DNA of 64,000 nt from an uncultured bacterium (GTDB lineage Bacteria > Hydrothermota > UBA3072): the NCBI GenBank assembly GCA_964606065.1, contig CAZSEX010000003.1, positions 49,245-113,244 of the forward strand. The letters are read 5' to 3'. A program made the position numbers and the translations under genes. The notes beneath the pieces are model-generated. The model did no database searches, was not told where the DNA came from, and saw only the letters and a list, made by a program, of their open reading frames with translations. Within the stretch, counting starts at the first letter, position 1. Each line of letters opens with the position of its first letter. Below are positions 9,788-19,373 of this stretch, one piece after another.

Positions 9788-10325
9788 TCACTCTGACCAA
9801 ATCCTCTTTATCCGTTTCCTGAAAAAGAACCTGAATTTCTTCCCCTTCCTTTAAATCCACCGGAATACCGGTATAATCAGGGATTATTGGAAGCTCTCTT
9901 CCCTCTCTTTTAACCATAACGGCAAGCTTTACCCTCAAAGGTCTTCCATAATCTATTATCTCGTCAAGAGCAGCTCTGATTGTTCTACCGGTATAAATGA
10001 CATCGTCTACCAACAGAACTTCTTTCCCTTCTATCGAGCAGGGGAAATACGTGGAACCTATAATAGGTTTGGGTCCATATAACGTCAGATCATCTCTATA
10101 TAATGTTATATCCAGAACTCCTACATTAATTTTCCACGAAGTGGACTTCTTTAAAATACGCGCCAATCTCTTGGCGAGAATATCCCCTCTTTTTCTAATA
10201 CCTATTATACACAGAAAATCGATATCAGGATCATCTTTTGCAATATCTGTTGCCAGTCTGACAACAGTTTTCCGCATCTCTTCTTTGTTTAATAAGACTC
10301 TTTTTTCTTTGAATTTAATATCCAT
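9762..10325 (-). CDS. pyrR: Bifunctional pyrimidine operon regulator / uracil phosphoribosyltransferase PyrR
   Basis: PRTase motif LLVDDVIYTGRTIRAALD and overall collinearity with Bacillus PyrR. The start is chosen at MDIKFKEKRVLL, because the track ORF starts at an upstream GTG. Confidence 0.85.
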   Translation of the reverse strand: MDIKFKEKRVLLNKEEMRKTVVRLATDIAKDDPDIDFLCIIGIRKRGDILAKRLARILKKSTSWKINVGVLDITLYRDDLTLYGPKPIIGSTYFPCSIEGKEVLLVDDVIYTGRTIRAALDEIIDYGRPLRVKLAVMVKREGRELPIIPDYTGIPVDLKEGEEIQVLFQETDKEDLVRVIEVSNKNG

Positions 10326-10456
10326 ACGAGGGATATTCCATAGATACGAGGCAGGAAACACATGCCATTTTCCCTTTCATATAGCCTCCTTCTCTATTAA
10401 TTTATTAAAAATAAATGAATAGTCAAGGTTTCTTTTGAATTTGTGTTTTTTTAAAC

Positions 10457-10484
10457 TTGACTTTTGCGAGTATAGAAATATAAT
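10457..10484 (+). promoter_or_regulatory. Sigma70-like promoter for the M42 peptidase gene
   Basis: TTGACT, 16-nt spacer, then TATAAT, ending about 18 nt upstream of the ATG at 10502. Confidence 0.4.
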
Positions 10485-10501
10485 TAAAACAGGTTAAAAA
10501 A

Positions 10502-11566
10502 ATGGACAAAGAATTAAAAAAATTTTTTCGCGATCTGGTAGAAGCCCCAAGCCCTTCCGGTTTTGAAGAACCTGCCCAAGAGGTGTATAGGCAATTCGTA
10601 AAAAAACATTCCGATGAAGTAAAAACGGATGTCCATGGTAATGTCATTGCCTTTCGTAAAGGAAACGGAAAGTTAAAAATGATGATTTCCGGACACGCTG
10701 ACGAAGTGGGATTTATGGTCAATTTTATCGACAATGATGGATTCATATACTTTCGACCTATAGGCGGCATTGATCCCTCTCTTTTACCGGGACTTAAGGT
10801 AGATATATATACAAAAAACGGTAAAATAAGAGGAGTTATCGGCAAAAAAGCCATTCACATGATGGAAAAAGAAGAAAAAGAAAAGACTCCACATATAAAG
10901 GATCTATGGGTTGATATCGGAGCAAGGGACAAAGAGCAGGCAAAAAGCATAGTTTCAATAGGGGATCCAATGACTTTCCAATTAGGAATGGAAGAGCTGC
11001 AAAACGATCTCGTACTTACCAAAGCCACTGACAACAAAACTGGTGTTTTCGCCGCGGGAGCTCTCCTTAAATATTTAGAGAAAGAAAAAATCGCGGTAAA
11101 TTTGTTCTGTGTTTCCTCCGTTCAGGAAGAAATTGGGCTTAGAGGTGCCATTACCAGCTCTTTCGGGATTGCTCCGGAATTGGGATTGGCTTTTGATGTA
11201 ACAATCACAACCGATCACCCCACTACAGAAAAAAAGAAGTATGGCGATATTTCTCTTAACAGGGGTCCGGTAATCGCGAAAGGAGCCAATATCAATCCCG
11301 TTATTTTTAATATGTTGATTGAAACTGCGGAAAAAAATAAAATTGACTATCAAATCGAAGCGGCTCCAAGAGCAACCGGAACAGACGCAAATGCTATACA
11401 ACTCTCAAGGAGCGGCGTAGCTACAGCCTTAATCAGCTTTCCCAATCGCTATATGCATACCCCTATCGAAATTATTTCCCTAAAAGATGTAGAAAACGCC
11501 GTGAAGCTTACCGGAGAATTTATCAAAACTCTGAACGATAAAATAGACTTCACTCCGGGAATGTAA
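10502..11566 (+). CDS. M42 family aminopeptidase (FrvX / glutamyl aminopeptidase-like)
   Basis: N-terminus MDKELKKFFRDLVEAPSPSGFEEP and HADEVGFMV are typical of M42 peptidases. Confidence 0.85.
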   Translation: MDKELKKFFRDLVEAPSPSGFEEPAQEVYRQFVKKHSDEVKTDVHGNVIAFRKGNGKLKMMISGHADEVGFMVNFIDNDGFIYFRPIGGIDPSLLPGLKVDIYTKNGKIRGVIGKKAIHMMEKEEKEKTPHIKDLWVDIGARDKEQAKSIVSIGDPMTFQLGMEELQNDLVLTKATDNKTGVFAAGALLKYLEKEKIAVNLFCVSSVQEEIGLRGAITSSFGIAPELGLAFDVTITTDHPTTEKKKYGDISLNRGPVIAKGANINPVIFNMLIETAEKNKIDYQIEAAPRATGTDANAIQLSRSGVATALISFPNRYMHTPIEIISLKDVENAVKLTGEFIKTLNDKIDFTPGM

Positions 11567-11571
11567 TTCTC

Positions 11572-12537
11572 TCACCTTCGTATAATCACAAAGGCTATAT
11601 AAAATATGTATAAAAGAAGGAGGATCCCTCCTTCTTTTTTAGATATTGTCCTTCTGGTGTAGGCAAACACAAGAAAAATGACAGAAACTCCAAGCACGAA
11701 CCATAAATCTTTAAATGCCACAGGAGGAAAATATAGAGGACGGATTGCTGCAGACAAACCAAGAACAAACAGGATGTTGAAGATATTGCTACCCACCACG
11801 TTACCTATAGCTATATCAGATTCTCCCTTCTTCATCGCGGCAAGAGATGTTGCCACTTCGGGCAGCGAGGTTCCAAGAGCTATTACGGTAACACCGATGA
11901 GAATTTCAGAAACGCCAAGCCTCTTTGCTATAATTACCGCGTTATCAACAATAAGATTAGCCCCGAAAAGAACTCCTGCTGTACCGAATATTAACAGAAC
12001 GCTCGCTTTAAATATTTCCCTTCCAGAATAATTAATCTTCGGAAGATCAGGATTCAAAAGAAACGATTCCCTATCCTTCTTAGCCATAGAATAAAGATAA
12101 TAGATATAAACAAAAAGAAAAATAAGAAGTATTGTTCCGTCGAACCGGGAAAGATACGCCTCCTCTTTCCCAAACCAATCGTCACAAAGCATTAACAAGA
12201 TTATTATAACAACTGCCAGACAAAAAGGCGTTTCCATTTTCAACGTCGATTCTCTGGCTTCAATGGTCCATATAAGTGCGCTAAGCCCGAGAATAAGACC
12301 CATATTCGCAATGTTGCTGCCGAGAACATTTCCGAAAGAAATCGAAGAATAGGATGAAATAGCAGCTTTAACCGATACAGCCGCCTCCGGCGCACTGGTT
12401 CCCAACGCCGCAACAGAAAGACCTATAAATAATGACGAAAGACCGAAAATCGCCGCCAGCTCTACAGCTCCGTCGATCATATAATCCGCACCCTTTACCA
12501 GCAGAACAAACCCTATAAACAAAAGAAAATAATTCAT
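11572..12537 (-). CDS. Ca2+/Na+ antiporter (CaCA / YrbG family)
   Basis: Two alpha-repeat motifs (GNVLGSNIANMGL and GNVVGSNIFNILFVLG) and about 10 TM helices. Confidence 0.8.
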   Translation of the reverse strand: MNYFLLFIGFVLLVKGADYMIDGAVELAAIFGLSSLFIGLSVAALGTSAPEAAVSVKAAISSYSSISFGNVLGSNIANMGLILGLSALIWTIEARESTLKMETPFCLAVVIIILLMLCDDWFGKEEAYLSRFDGTILLIFLFVYIYYLYSMAKKDRESFLLNPDLPKINYSGREIFKASVLLIFGTAGVLFGANLIVDNAVIIAKRLGVSEILIGVTVIALGTSLPEVATSLAAMKKGESDIAIGNVVGSNIFNILFVLGLSAAIRPLYFPPVAFKDLWFVLGVSVIFLVFAYTRRTISKKEGGILLLLYIFYIAFVIIRR

Positions 12538-12599
12538 TTAAGCGAGAATACAAATTTATTCGGTTTTTGTCAATGGGACAAAAAACTCTTTATCAGCAC

Positions 12600-12627
12600 T
12601 TGACTTATAGCAAATCTTTATTATACT
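12600..12627 (+). promoter_or_regulatory. Sigma70-like promoter upstream of rpsU
   Basis: TTGACT, 16 nt, then TATACT. It is followed by a leader of about 75 nt with an aGGGAGGGAGG purine tract. Confidence 0.4.
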
Positions 12628-12703
12628 TTTGTTGATATTATTAAAATAAAGTAAACAGGGAGGGAGGAATAAAAAAACAAAACCTTGAGAGGAGGTGTTT
12701 TTT

Positions 12704-12883
12704 TTGCCAGGAGTAACAATTAAAGACGGAGAATCTTTCGAAAAAGCTTTTAAGCGATTCAAAAGATTATGCGAAAAAGAAAAAATAAGAAGCGAAATAA
12801 AAAAGCATCAGCACTATGAAAAACCAAGCGAAAAAAGACAGAGAAAACGTAAAGATTTTAGTAAAGGAAGGAAAAATAATTAG
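12704..12883 (+). CDS. rpsU: 30S ribosomal protein S21
   Basis: (M)[49 protein letters not shown] matches S21. TTG is taken as the start, 8 nt after GGAGG. The track ORF starts at an upstream GTG. Confidence 0.8.
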   Translation: MPGVTIKDGESFEKAFKRFKRLCEKEKIRSEIKKHQHYEKPSEKRQRKRKDFSKGRKNN

Positions 12884-12953
12884 ATACAAAGTTCTTCTCG
12901 CTATCCCCTGAACCGAGTTTCTTTTACAAAAAACTATTTTCAAATAAATTATA

Positions 12954-13505
12954 ATGAATTTATTTGATTTATGTTCTCTGATAGTTATCATTGGTTTCTG
13001 TTTGTGGGGAATGATAAAGGGCTTCATCATCGAAATTTCTGAAATCGGGGGATTAATACTTTCTTTTATCCTGGCGCTTTATTTCCCTTTGGGCTTAGAT
13101 ATTGGAGGAATTAAATATGTCGTAAGCTTTGTTGCTTACTTTTTTGCAATTAGTATTTTCTTTTCTATTCTTTCAAAAATTATCCACAAAACCCCTCTTG
13201 CTTTCATCGATAGAATACTCGGAGCCGCCTTAGGCGCTCTCAAAGGACTAATTGCGATAATCATACTCTTCATCATCATAAGCCTTGTCCCTTTAAATGG
13301 GGCTAAAAGTAATTTGAAGGAAAGCTTTTTCTATAAAGCAGCCCTTATCGTAAGAATTCCTCTAAAAAGCTTTTTAAAAAGAAAAACAAACGACTGGAAC
13401 AACTATAAAGAAAAAATACACCCTCTAAAAATACATACAAAAAGAGAAGAACATCTCACGGGCAAAAAAAACGTCGCTCAATGGAACAGCTTTCAAGCAA
13501 AATAG
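12954..13505 (+). CDS. cvpA: CvpA-family membrane protein (colicin V production protein-like)
   Basis: The N-terminal TM pattern MNLFDLCSLIVIIGFCLWGMIKGFI and the size are typical of CvpA. Confidence 0.65.
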   Translation: MNLFDLCSLIVIIGFCLWGMIKGFIIEISEIGGLILSFILALYFPLGLDIGGIKYVVSFVAYFFAISIFFSILSKIIHKTPLAFIDRILGAALGALKGLIAIIILFIIISLVPLNGAKSNLKESFFYKAALIVRIPLKSFLKRKTNDWNNYKEKIHPLKIHTKREEHLTGKKNVAQWNSFQAK

Positions 13506-15598
13506 GATTAAATACACTATTGAAAAAAATTTCCGGGTATGCCGACTCAGAACCCGGGAAAAAAAGGGTTCTTGACCTAACCCCATTAACCTCAAAGAAC
13601 AAAAGACAACTCTCCTTCAAACGCCAAAGAGAAATAAAACAAATATTACATCTGCTTCCTTTCCTCACGATATTGAAAAAGGAAAAAGAAATCGAAAAAG
13701 GACAGATACTATCGGGCGAACAAATACTCTATTATAGAAAATTGTTAGATCTATCAAATGATGTTAAAAATATACTGACAGAAAACAAAACGTTGAAAGA
13801 AATAGCAAACAACTTGGATCCTCTTCTTTCTTTAAGAAATGAAATAATTGAATTTATAGACGAAAACGGCGCCATTATTCCATCCTCGACTCCGGCATTA
13901 AAATCTCTCCACAGAGAAAAAACCTCTGTCGAAAATCAAATAGAAAAAAAGCTCTCCTTTTTTTTAAAAGAAAAAGAATACTTACTTCAGGATAAAATTG
14001 TCACCACTCGATTGGGGAGAACCGTACTTCCTGTTAAATACGACAGGAAAGATGAAATAGAAGGAATAATTGTAGACTTTTCCAGAACCCAAAACACGGC
14101 TTTTATAGAACCGGGAGAAATAACAACTCTCAATAACAGAATTGCCGAGTTAGAAAACGATATAAACACAGAAAAGATAAGAATCCTTAAACTTCTTACA
14201 GGGAAAATTACCGAAAAGTTTTTCCATATCAAAAAAAACACCGACATACTCACAGAGATAGATTCTCTTAAAGCCAGAACGTTATATGCCGAAGACTTTA
14301 AATGTGTTATTCCGAATTTTTCAGAAACAAGTACCTTAAGAATAAAAGAATGTTATCACCCCCTCTTGCTGGAAGGAAAAGAAAATGTCGAACCCCTCGA
14401 TTTAGAGATAGGAAAAAACGAAAGAATTCTACTTATAAGCGGACCGAATGCGGGAGGCAAAACAGTCCTTCTGAAGAATCTGGGACTTAATGTCTTATCT
14501 TCATTGGCCAGCATCCCTATTCCGGCAAAAGAAGGCAGCGAAATTGGTTTTTTTACAAATATTTCGGGAATAATAGAAGATGAACAATCTATAGAAAAAA
14601 ACCTTTCCTCCTTTTCTTCATATATAGTACGACTTAAACAAATCCTGAACAACGCCAACGAAAACAGTCTGATACTCCTTGACGAACTGGGAGGAAATAC
14701 CGACCCCAGCGAGGGCAGCGCCTTATCAATCGCGATCCTTAACGCTTTAAAGGAAAAAGGAAGTCTCGTTATCGCCACAACTCACCTAAGCCCTCTCAAA
14801 TTTTATGTCGAAGAACAGAACGGAATGATCAACGGCTCCATGGAATACGAAAATGGACCAACATATCACCTCCAAATAGGAATCCCGGGGGGTTCGAGAG
14901 CCATAGCAATTGCCGAAAAATATGGATTGCCAGAGGAAATAATCGGCGAGGCAAAAAATTTCATAGACTCAGAAATCCTGAACGCAGAAAAACTGATAGA
15001 AGAGCTTTCCGCAAGAAACAGAAACTTACGCGAAAAGGAAAAAGGAATCACACAAACAAAAGAACGCCTCTCAGCCCTTAAAAAAGAATATGAAAAATTA
15101 ATGGAAAATGCCAATAAAGAAAAAACAAAAATAATAAAGGAAGCAGAAGAAAAGGCAAACCTTATTGTAGCGGAATCACGCTCGAAAGTAGAAAGAACAA
15201 TAAAAAACATAAAAGAAACAAAAGCCTCCAAAGAATCAATCAAAAAATACAAAAAAACCTTCTCGGATATACCGCAAAAAGAAAAGAAAATAAAAAAAGA
15301 AACCATTACGCCCTCCGACAAACACCTCGAAATCAAATATGACATAGACATGGAAATCCCTTTCGAACTTTCCGTAAGAGGAATGACAAAGGAAAAAGCA
15401 TGGGAAACAGCGGATAAATTCCTTGACAAAGCGATAATCGCCGGATATAATTCGGTGAGAATAGTCCACGGAACAGGAAGCTTTATATTAAGAAACATGC
15501 TTCACAGAAAATTAAAAAAGGATAAAAGAGTAAAAAGAATAGACACTCCACCCCATTACGAAGGAGGAGAAGGCGTAACAGTAGCCTTTTTAAAATAG
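13481..15598 (+). CDS. mutS2: Endonuclease MutS2 (MutS domain V ATPase plus C-terminal Smr domain)
   Basis: Walker A ISGPNAGGKTVLLKNLGL, then a long coiled coil and a C-terminal Smr domain (VRIVHGTGSFILRNMLH). Confidence 0.85.
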   Translation: MEQLSSKIGLNTLLKKISGYADSEPGKKRVLDLTPLTSKNKRQLSFKRQREIKQILHLLPFLTILKKEKEIEKGQILSGEQILYYRKLLDLSNDVKNILTENKTLKEIANNLDPLLSLRNEIIEFIDENGAIIPSSTPALKSLHREKTSVENQIEKKLSFFLKEKEYLLQDKIVTTRLGRTVLPVKYDRKDEIEGIIVDFSRTQNTAFIEPGEITTLNNRIAELENDINTEKIRILKLLTGKITEKFFHIKKNTDILTEIDSLKARTLYAEDFKCVIPNFSETSTLRIKECYHPLLLEGKENVEPLDLEIGKNERILLISGPNAGGKTVLLKNLGLNVLSSLASIPIPAKEGSEIGFFTNISGIIEDEQSIEKNLSSFSSYIVRLKQILNNANENSLILLDELGGNTDPSEGSALSIAILNALKEKGSLVIATTHLSPLKFYVEEQNGMINGSMEYENGPTYHLQIGIPGGSRAIAIAEKYGLPEEIIGEAKNFIDSEILNAEKLIEELSARNRNLREKEKGITQTKERLSALKKEYEKLMENANKEKTKIIKEAEEKANLIVAESRSKVERTIKNIKETKASKESIKKYKKTFSDIPQKEKKIKKETITPSDKHLEIKYDIDMEIPFELSVRGMTKEKAWETADKFLDKAIIAGYNSVRIVHGTGSFILRNMLHRKLKKDKRVKRIDTPPHYEGGEGVTVAFLK

Positions 15599-15599
15599 A

Positions 15600-15995
15600 A
15601 TGTTTTATTTTCTTTTAATTTTTTCAAAATCCGCGACAACCGCAATGCTTTTAACAACAATTTTCCCGGGCGGAGGACAATTCTATACGGAAAGATACGC
15701 CAAAGGCATAATAATCGGAGGAACCCAATCCTATCTTATATACAAAGGAATCCAAACACAACTAAGACTGAATGAAATCGAAAAAAATTTAAGCGGCGCT
15801 ACACCCGAAATGATAGAAAATAAAGAAACCCTTCTCCACCAGAGAAGAATAATCACCTGGTGGATGGCGTTAGTCTGGACAATCGGAATCCTGGACGCTT
15901 ACGTAGACGCCCAGCTTTACAACTTCGAGAGCAATCTTTCTTTAGACCGAAACGGAGCCCTCAAAACAGAACTTTCTTTTAAAATAAGATATTAA
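15600..15995 (+). CDS. Small hypothetical membrane protein
   Basis: Two predicted TM segments and no recognisable family. The boundaries come from the ORF track only. Confidence 0.35.
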   Translation: MFYFLLIFSKSATTAMLLTTIFPGGGQFYTERYAKGIIIGGTQSYLIYKGIQTQLRLNEIEKNLSGATPEMIENKETLLHQRRIITWWMALVWTIGILDAYVDAQLYNFESNLSLDRNGALKTELSFKIRY

Positions 15996-16564
15996 TGTTT
16001 CACGTGAAACATTTTCTTGAAAAAACCCTGAAAGAACTGAATATCGAAACAGACGATAAAAAAACAGAAAAGTGTTTGCTTTACCTCGAAGAACTTCTGA
16101 AGTGGAACAAAAAAATAAATTTGATCTCGAGAAAACTAAAAAGGGAAGAAGTCTTCAAAAAACTGTTCTTGCCCTCTCTTCTCCCCTACAAAATAATCAA
16201 TAAGGGAGAAAAAATCCTTGATTTCGGAGCAGGCGGCGGAATCTCCAGCGTTCCCTTAAAAATCTTCAAGCCGAACATGTACCTTCATCTTTTAGAGTCA
16301 AAACAAAAAAACGCCGTATTTCTTGAACACATCAGCTTTTTGTTAAACTTGGATCTTAAAATAATAAACAAATTTGTGCAAACAAAAGAAGAAATGGAAG
16401 AAAGATACGACTGGATCTTTGCGCGAGCAGTAAACCCCGAACAAATACCGTCAGGATTAGCCAATAAAATACTGTACCACGGAGAATACACCGGAAACAA
16501 ATTTATCTGCGAAAAAAAGTTAGTTTTCAGGGAACATTCTGTTTCTGTTTTAACAACCTTATAA
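15995..16564 (+). CDS. rsmG: 16S rRNA (guanine527-N7)-methyltransferase RsmG (GidB)
   Basis: LLKWNKKINLIS and the SAM-binding ILDFGAGGGISSVPLKI motif. Confidence 0.85.
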   Translation: MFHVKHFLEKTLKELNIETDDKKTEKCLLYLEELLKWNKKINLISRKLKREEVFKKLFLPSLLPYKIINKGEKILDFGAGGGISSVPLKIFKPNMYLHLLESKQKNAVFLEHISFLLNLDLKIINKFVQTKEEMEERYDWIFARAVNPEQIPSGLANKILYHGEYTGNKFICEKKLVFREHSVSVLTTL

Positions 16565-16572
16565 ATCTATAG

Positions 16573-17475
16573 CTACCGTTTCTGTTTTTTGTACTCTATT
16601 TCAGCCAGGGCAATTGCTCCGAGCACACCAGAGTCGTCGCCAAGTTTAGGCAGAACAATATAGTCCTCTATGTTGTCCGTAATTTCAGGAGCCTGAATAT
16701 AATTGTTGAGCAAAACTTTTACTCTTTCGTGTATTAGCGGCAGCATCTGTTTTTGCTTCATAACTCCACCGCCAAGAATAATTTTCTGAGGCGACAGAGT
16801 ACATATATAATTTATTGTCGCCAGAGAAATATATTTCGCCTCCAGATCCCAGGCAGGGTGATCTTTGCCTAATTTTTCCCCCGCTTTGCCCCAACGATCG
16901 GCTACCGCTGAACCTGAAGCCAATCCTTCGAAACAATCCTTATGAAAAGAGCATTTCCCTTCATAAGGGTCCTCTTTTTTGTTATGGGGTATAAAGATGT
17001 GTCCCATTTCAGGGTGCAATAAACCGTGCAAAAAATCTCCGTTGATTATTCCCCCTCCTCCAATACCAGTACCGATCGTAATATAGATAAAATCGGATGA
17101 GTTTCGCGCCGCGCCCCATTTGTATTCTCCCAGAGCCGCCGCGTTTACATCTGTATCAAAGCCAACGGGAATATCAAAAGCCTTCTTTATTTTGCCGTAG
17201 AAATTTGTGTTTTGCCATTTGGTTTTTGGGGTAGATGTTATGTATCCGTAGGTGAAAGACTTTTTATTCAGGTCAATCGGACCGAAAGAGCCGATCCCTA
17301 TCGCCGATAATTTCTCCTCTTTGTCCCGATCCTTAAAATATTCAATTATCCTGCCGATAGTTTCGGTGGGGGTTGTGGTTACAAAACGAACTTTCTCCCG
17401 TAAGTCCTCCGGTTCTGTACCAACCGCGCAGACAATTTTTGTTCCACCTGCTTCTATTCCGCCGAATAAACTTAT
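16573..17475 (-). CDS. ROK-family glucokinase / sugar kinase, with a non-canonical or defective start
   Basis: Reading the minus strand beyond the track ORF gives uninterrupted ROK sequence: ...ISLFGGIEAGGTKIVCAV...IGIGSFGPID...IYITIGTGIGGGIIINGDFLHG...GHIFIP...CSFHKDCFEG. No in-frame ATG, GTG or TTG exists between the upstream TAA at 17479-17481 and the TTG at 17031. SD AAGGAG is followed 6 nt later by ATA at 17473-17475. Confidence 0.65.
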   Translation of the reverse strand: MSLFGGIEAGGTKIVCAVGTEPEDLREKVRFVTTTPTETIGRIIEYFKDRDKEEKLSAIGIGSFGPIDLNKKSFTYGYITSTPKTKWQNTNFYGKIKKAFDIPVGFDTDVNAAALGEYKWGAARNSSDFIYITIGTGIGGGGIINGDFLHGLLHPEMGHIFIPHNKKEDPYEGKCSFHKDCFEGLASGSAVADRWGKAGEKLGKDHPAWDLEAKYISLATINYICTLSPQKIILGGGVMKQKQMLPLIHERVKVLLNNYIQAPEITDNIEDYIVLPKLGDDSGVLGAIALAEIEYKKQKR

Positions 17476-17495
17476 GCGTTACTCCTTTTCTTTCA

Positions 17496-18356
17496 TTACC
17501 TCTTATCAAAAATTACTTCCCTCTGCATATTCAATACCTGTCCGAGCGGCCTCTCCAAAAAGCTCATCTCCATAATCACATCCTCATTAACAACAGCATA
17601 TTCAACCTGGTGATCATCCAGAGAAACCCAAAAGCTACCCCAACAACAGGACCTGCCTTTTACGCTCAAAGCTTCAGTTTTCGATTCAACCGGATTTGAA
17701 AGAGATTTAAATTCCAGCAAAGCGCACATCTCATCTTTTTTTCTGGCTATAGCAGTCCATTTTAATTTCAAATTCTTCGTTTTCAAAAGCGCAAAATTTT
17801 GAGCTTTCACCTCCTTTTGTTCTAATTCCGCGGCAAAATAAGCCCTGTTATACTCAATATCATCGATACCAACATATGCTACCTCTATCCACGGAGCATC
17901 CCAGATGAGTGCCTTCATAAAAACTCTGTCTTCTTCGGGAAAATCTCTATAAAATTCTTCAGTTAGAATTGTGTCTGAAAGGGAATAAGAAAACTTTTCC
18001 ATGTAAGCCAGCGGTTTCCCTTTCGGAAACGCTCTTGATGTATCTTTAGTCGAAAACATTCTAACATCACTCCACTCACAAAGAACTTCTCCGTTTTCTA
18101 CCGAACGAGTAAATATTCCCGTTATCTGCGTACTGTTTACGATATTCCCTTCCATATCTCGATTATAAAAAGTGGAGGTAATCCGGTATCGTTGAGGGGT
18201 TGTTTCGTCAAACTTTAGCTTTCCCTGCTTCTCAAAATATTCACTCACATTTTTCGGTTTTCCCGTCTCTTTACGACAACAAAAAAGACTGCTCGCCAAA
18301 AGAATTAACAACAATATAATTTTGGTAATTGAGCAAACGCTTTTTTTCACAATCAT
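17496..18356 (-). CDS. Hypothetical secreted protein or lipoprotein
   Basis: N-terminal signal peptide MIVKKSVCSITKIILLLILLASSLFCC. No known domain recognised. Confidence 0.45.
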   Translation of the reverse strand: MIVKKSVCSITKIILLLILLASSLFCCRKETGKPKNVSEYFEKQGKLKFDETTPQRYRITSTFYNRDMEGNIVNSTQITGIFTRSVENGEVLCEWSDVRMFSTKDTSRAFPKGKPLAYMEKFSYSLSDTILTEEFYRDFPEEDRVFMKALIWDAPWIEVAYVGIDDIEYNRAYFAAELEQKEVKAQNFALLKTKNLKLKWTAIARKKDEMCALLEFKSLSNPVESKTEALSVKGRSCCWGSFWVSLDDHQVEYAVVNEDVIMEMSFLERPLGQVLNMQREVIFDKR

Positions 18357-18485
18357 TTTATCCTCCTTACATTCTGGTACTCACTAATTTTAACAGAAAA
18401 CACCTATTCTGTCAAGGACTTTTAATTTTTGAGGCCTTGACAATTAAAGGTGTTAGTCTATATCTTATTAATCGGAGGTTGCGGT

Positions 18486-19373
18486 ATGAATTTAAAAAAA
18501 CTGGCGGAGCGACTGCGTATATCTTACGAAAAAGACATGGGGTTTTTTGTTACAGACATAAAACAAAAGTTTTCTTCAAGAGAATACCCCTTCGAAGAAA
18601 TAAATTTGATAAAACAGCTTCTTTTCCCGGCATACTGGAATTGCGGAGAAATTACGCAAAAAGAAAACAGTGCAAAATTAATCGCAAAAATCGAAGATTT
18701 GGGGAAGCTTTTCATTGACGGAATAGATCCATACATTAGAGACAAAAACAAAAAAGAAAAAATAGTGAGCAGGGTTCTGGAAAACCTGGGGAAAGTAAGA
18801 GAAAAACTAAAAAAAGATGTCGAAGCAGCATATATAGGAGATCCAGCTGCAAAAAGCTACACCGAGATAATCCGTTCTTATCCGGGATTTCTTGCAATTG
18901 AAATCCACAGGGTCTCCCATCTTCTTTACATATATGGAGCAAAAGGATACTCCAGAGAAATTTCCGAGGTCGTCCATTCTGAAACAGGAATAGATATTCA
19001 TCCTGGAGCAAAAATAGGTAAATACTTTTTTATAGATCATGGTACCGGAGTGGTAATTGGAGAAACATCTGATATCGGAGATTGGGTCAGAATTTATCAG
19101 GATGTAACTCTTGGAGTTCTGCATTTCGAAAAAGAAAAAGAAGGAGATATCAAAAAAGATTATAAAAGACATCCCGACATAGGCAACCATGTCGTAATCG
19201 GAGCTGGAGCCAAAATTTTGGGTCCGGTAAAAATCGGAAACCATGTCAATATAGGCGCCAATTCATGGATAACAGAAAATATCCCTGATTACACTTCCGT
19301 CTTTGTTGCCGAGCATCCTCGGCTGGAAAAAAGAAAAAGAAATATCCGGGACAAAGAAAAATGGAAGGCATAG
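18486..19373 (+). CDS. cysE: Serine O-acetyltransferase
   Basis: Left-handed beta-helix hexapeptide repeats with the SAT signature [41 protein letters not shown]. The ATG at 18486 has GGAGG 6 nt upstream. Confidence 0.85.
   Translation: MNLKKLAERLRISYEKDMGFFVTDIKQKFSSREYPFEEINLIKQLLFPAYWNCGEITQKENSAKLIAKIEDLGKLFIDGIDPYIRDKNKKEKIVSRVLENLGKVREKLKKDVEAAYIGDPAAKSYTEIIRSYPGFLAIEIHRVSHLLYIYGAKGYSREISEVVHSETGIDIHPGAKIGKYFFIDHGTGVVIGETSDIGDWVRIYQDVTLGVLHFEKEKEGDIKKDYKRHPDIGNHVVIGAGAKILGPVKIGNHVNIGANSWITENIPDYTSVFVAEHPRLEKRKRNIRDKEKWKA

Noticed and set aside
10423-10854. 143-aa minus-strand ORF
   Set aside because: It lies in the pyrR / M42-peptidase promoter region and antisense to the well-supported M42 peptidase gene. 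Its composition is low-complexity with no motif, so I treat it as spurious.
12556-13030. Small ORFs 12556-12762 (-) and 12767-13030 (-) around rpsU
   Set aside because: They overlap the rpsU promoter/leader and the cvpA start on the opposite strand. Their translations are low-complexity.
17482-17498. Mini-ORF ATG-AAA-GAA-AAG-GAG-TAA in frame with the ROK kinase
   Set aside because: It is too short to be a gene and has a poor SD spacing. It is more likely the SD region for the ROK gene, or evidence of a nonsense lesion. It is kept as part of the ROK start anomaly and not as a feature.
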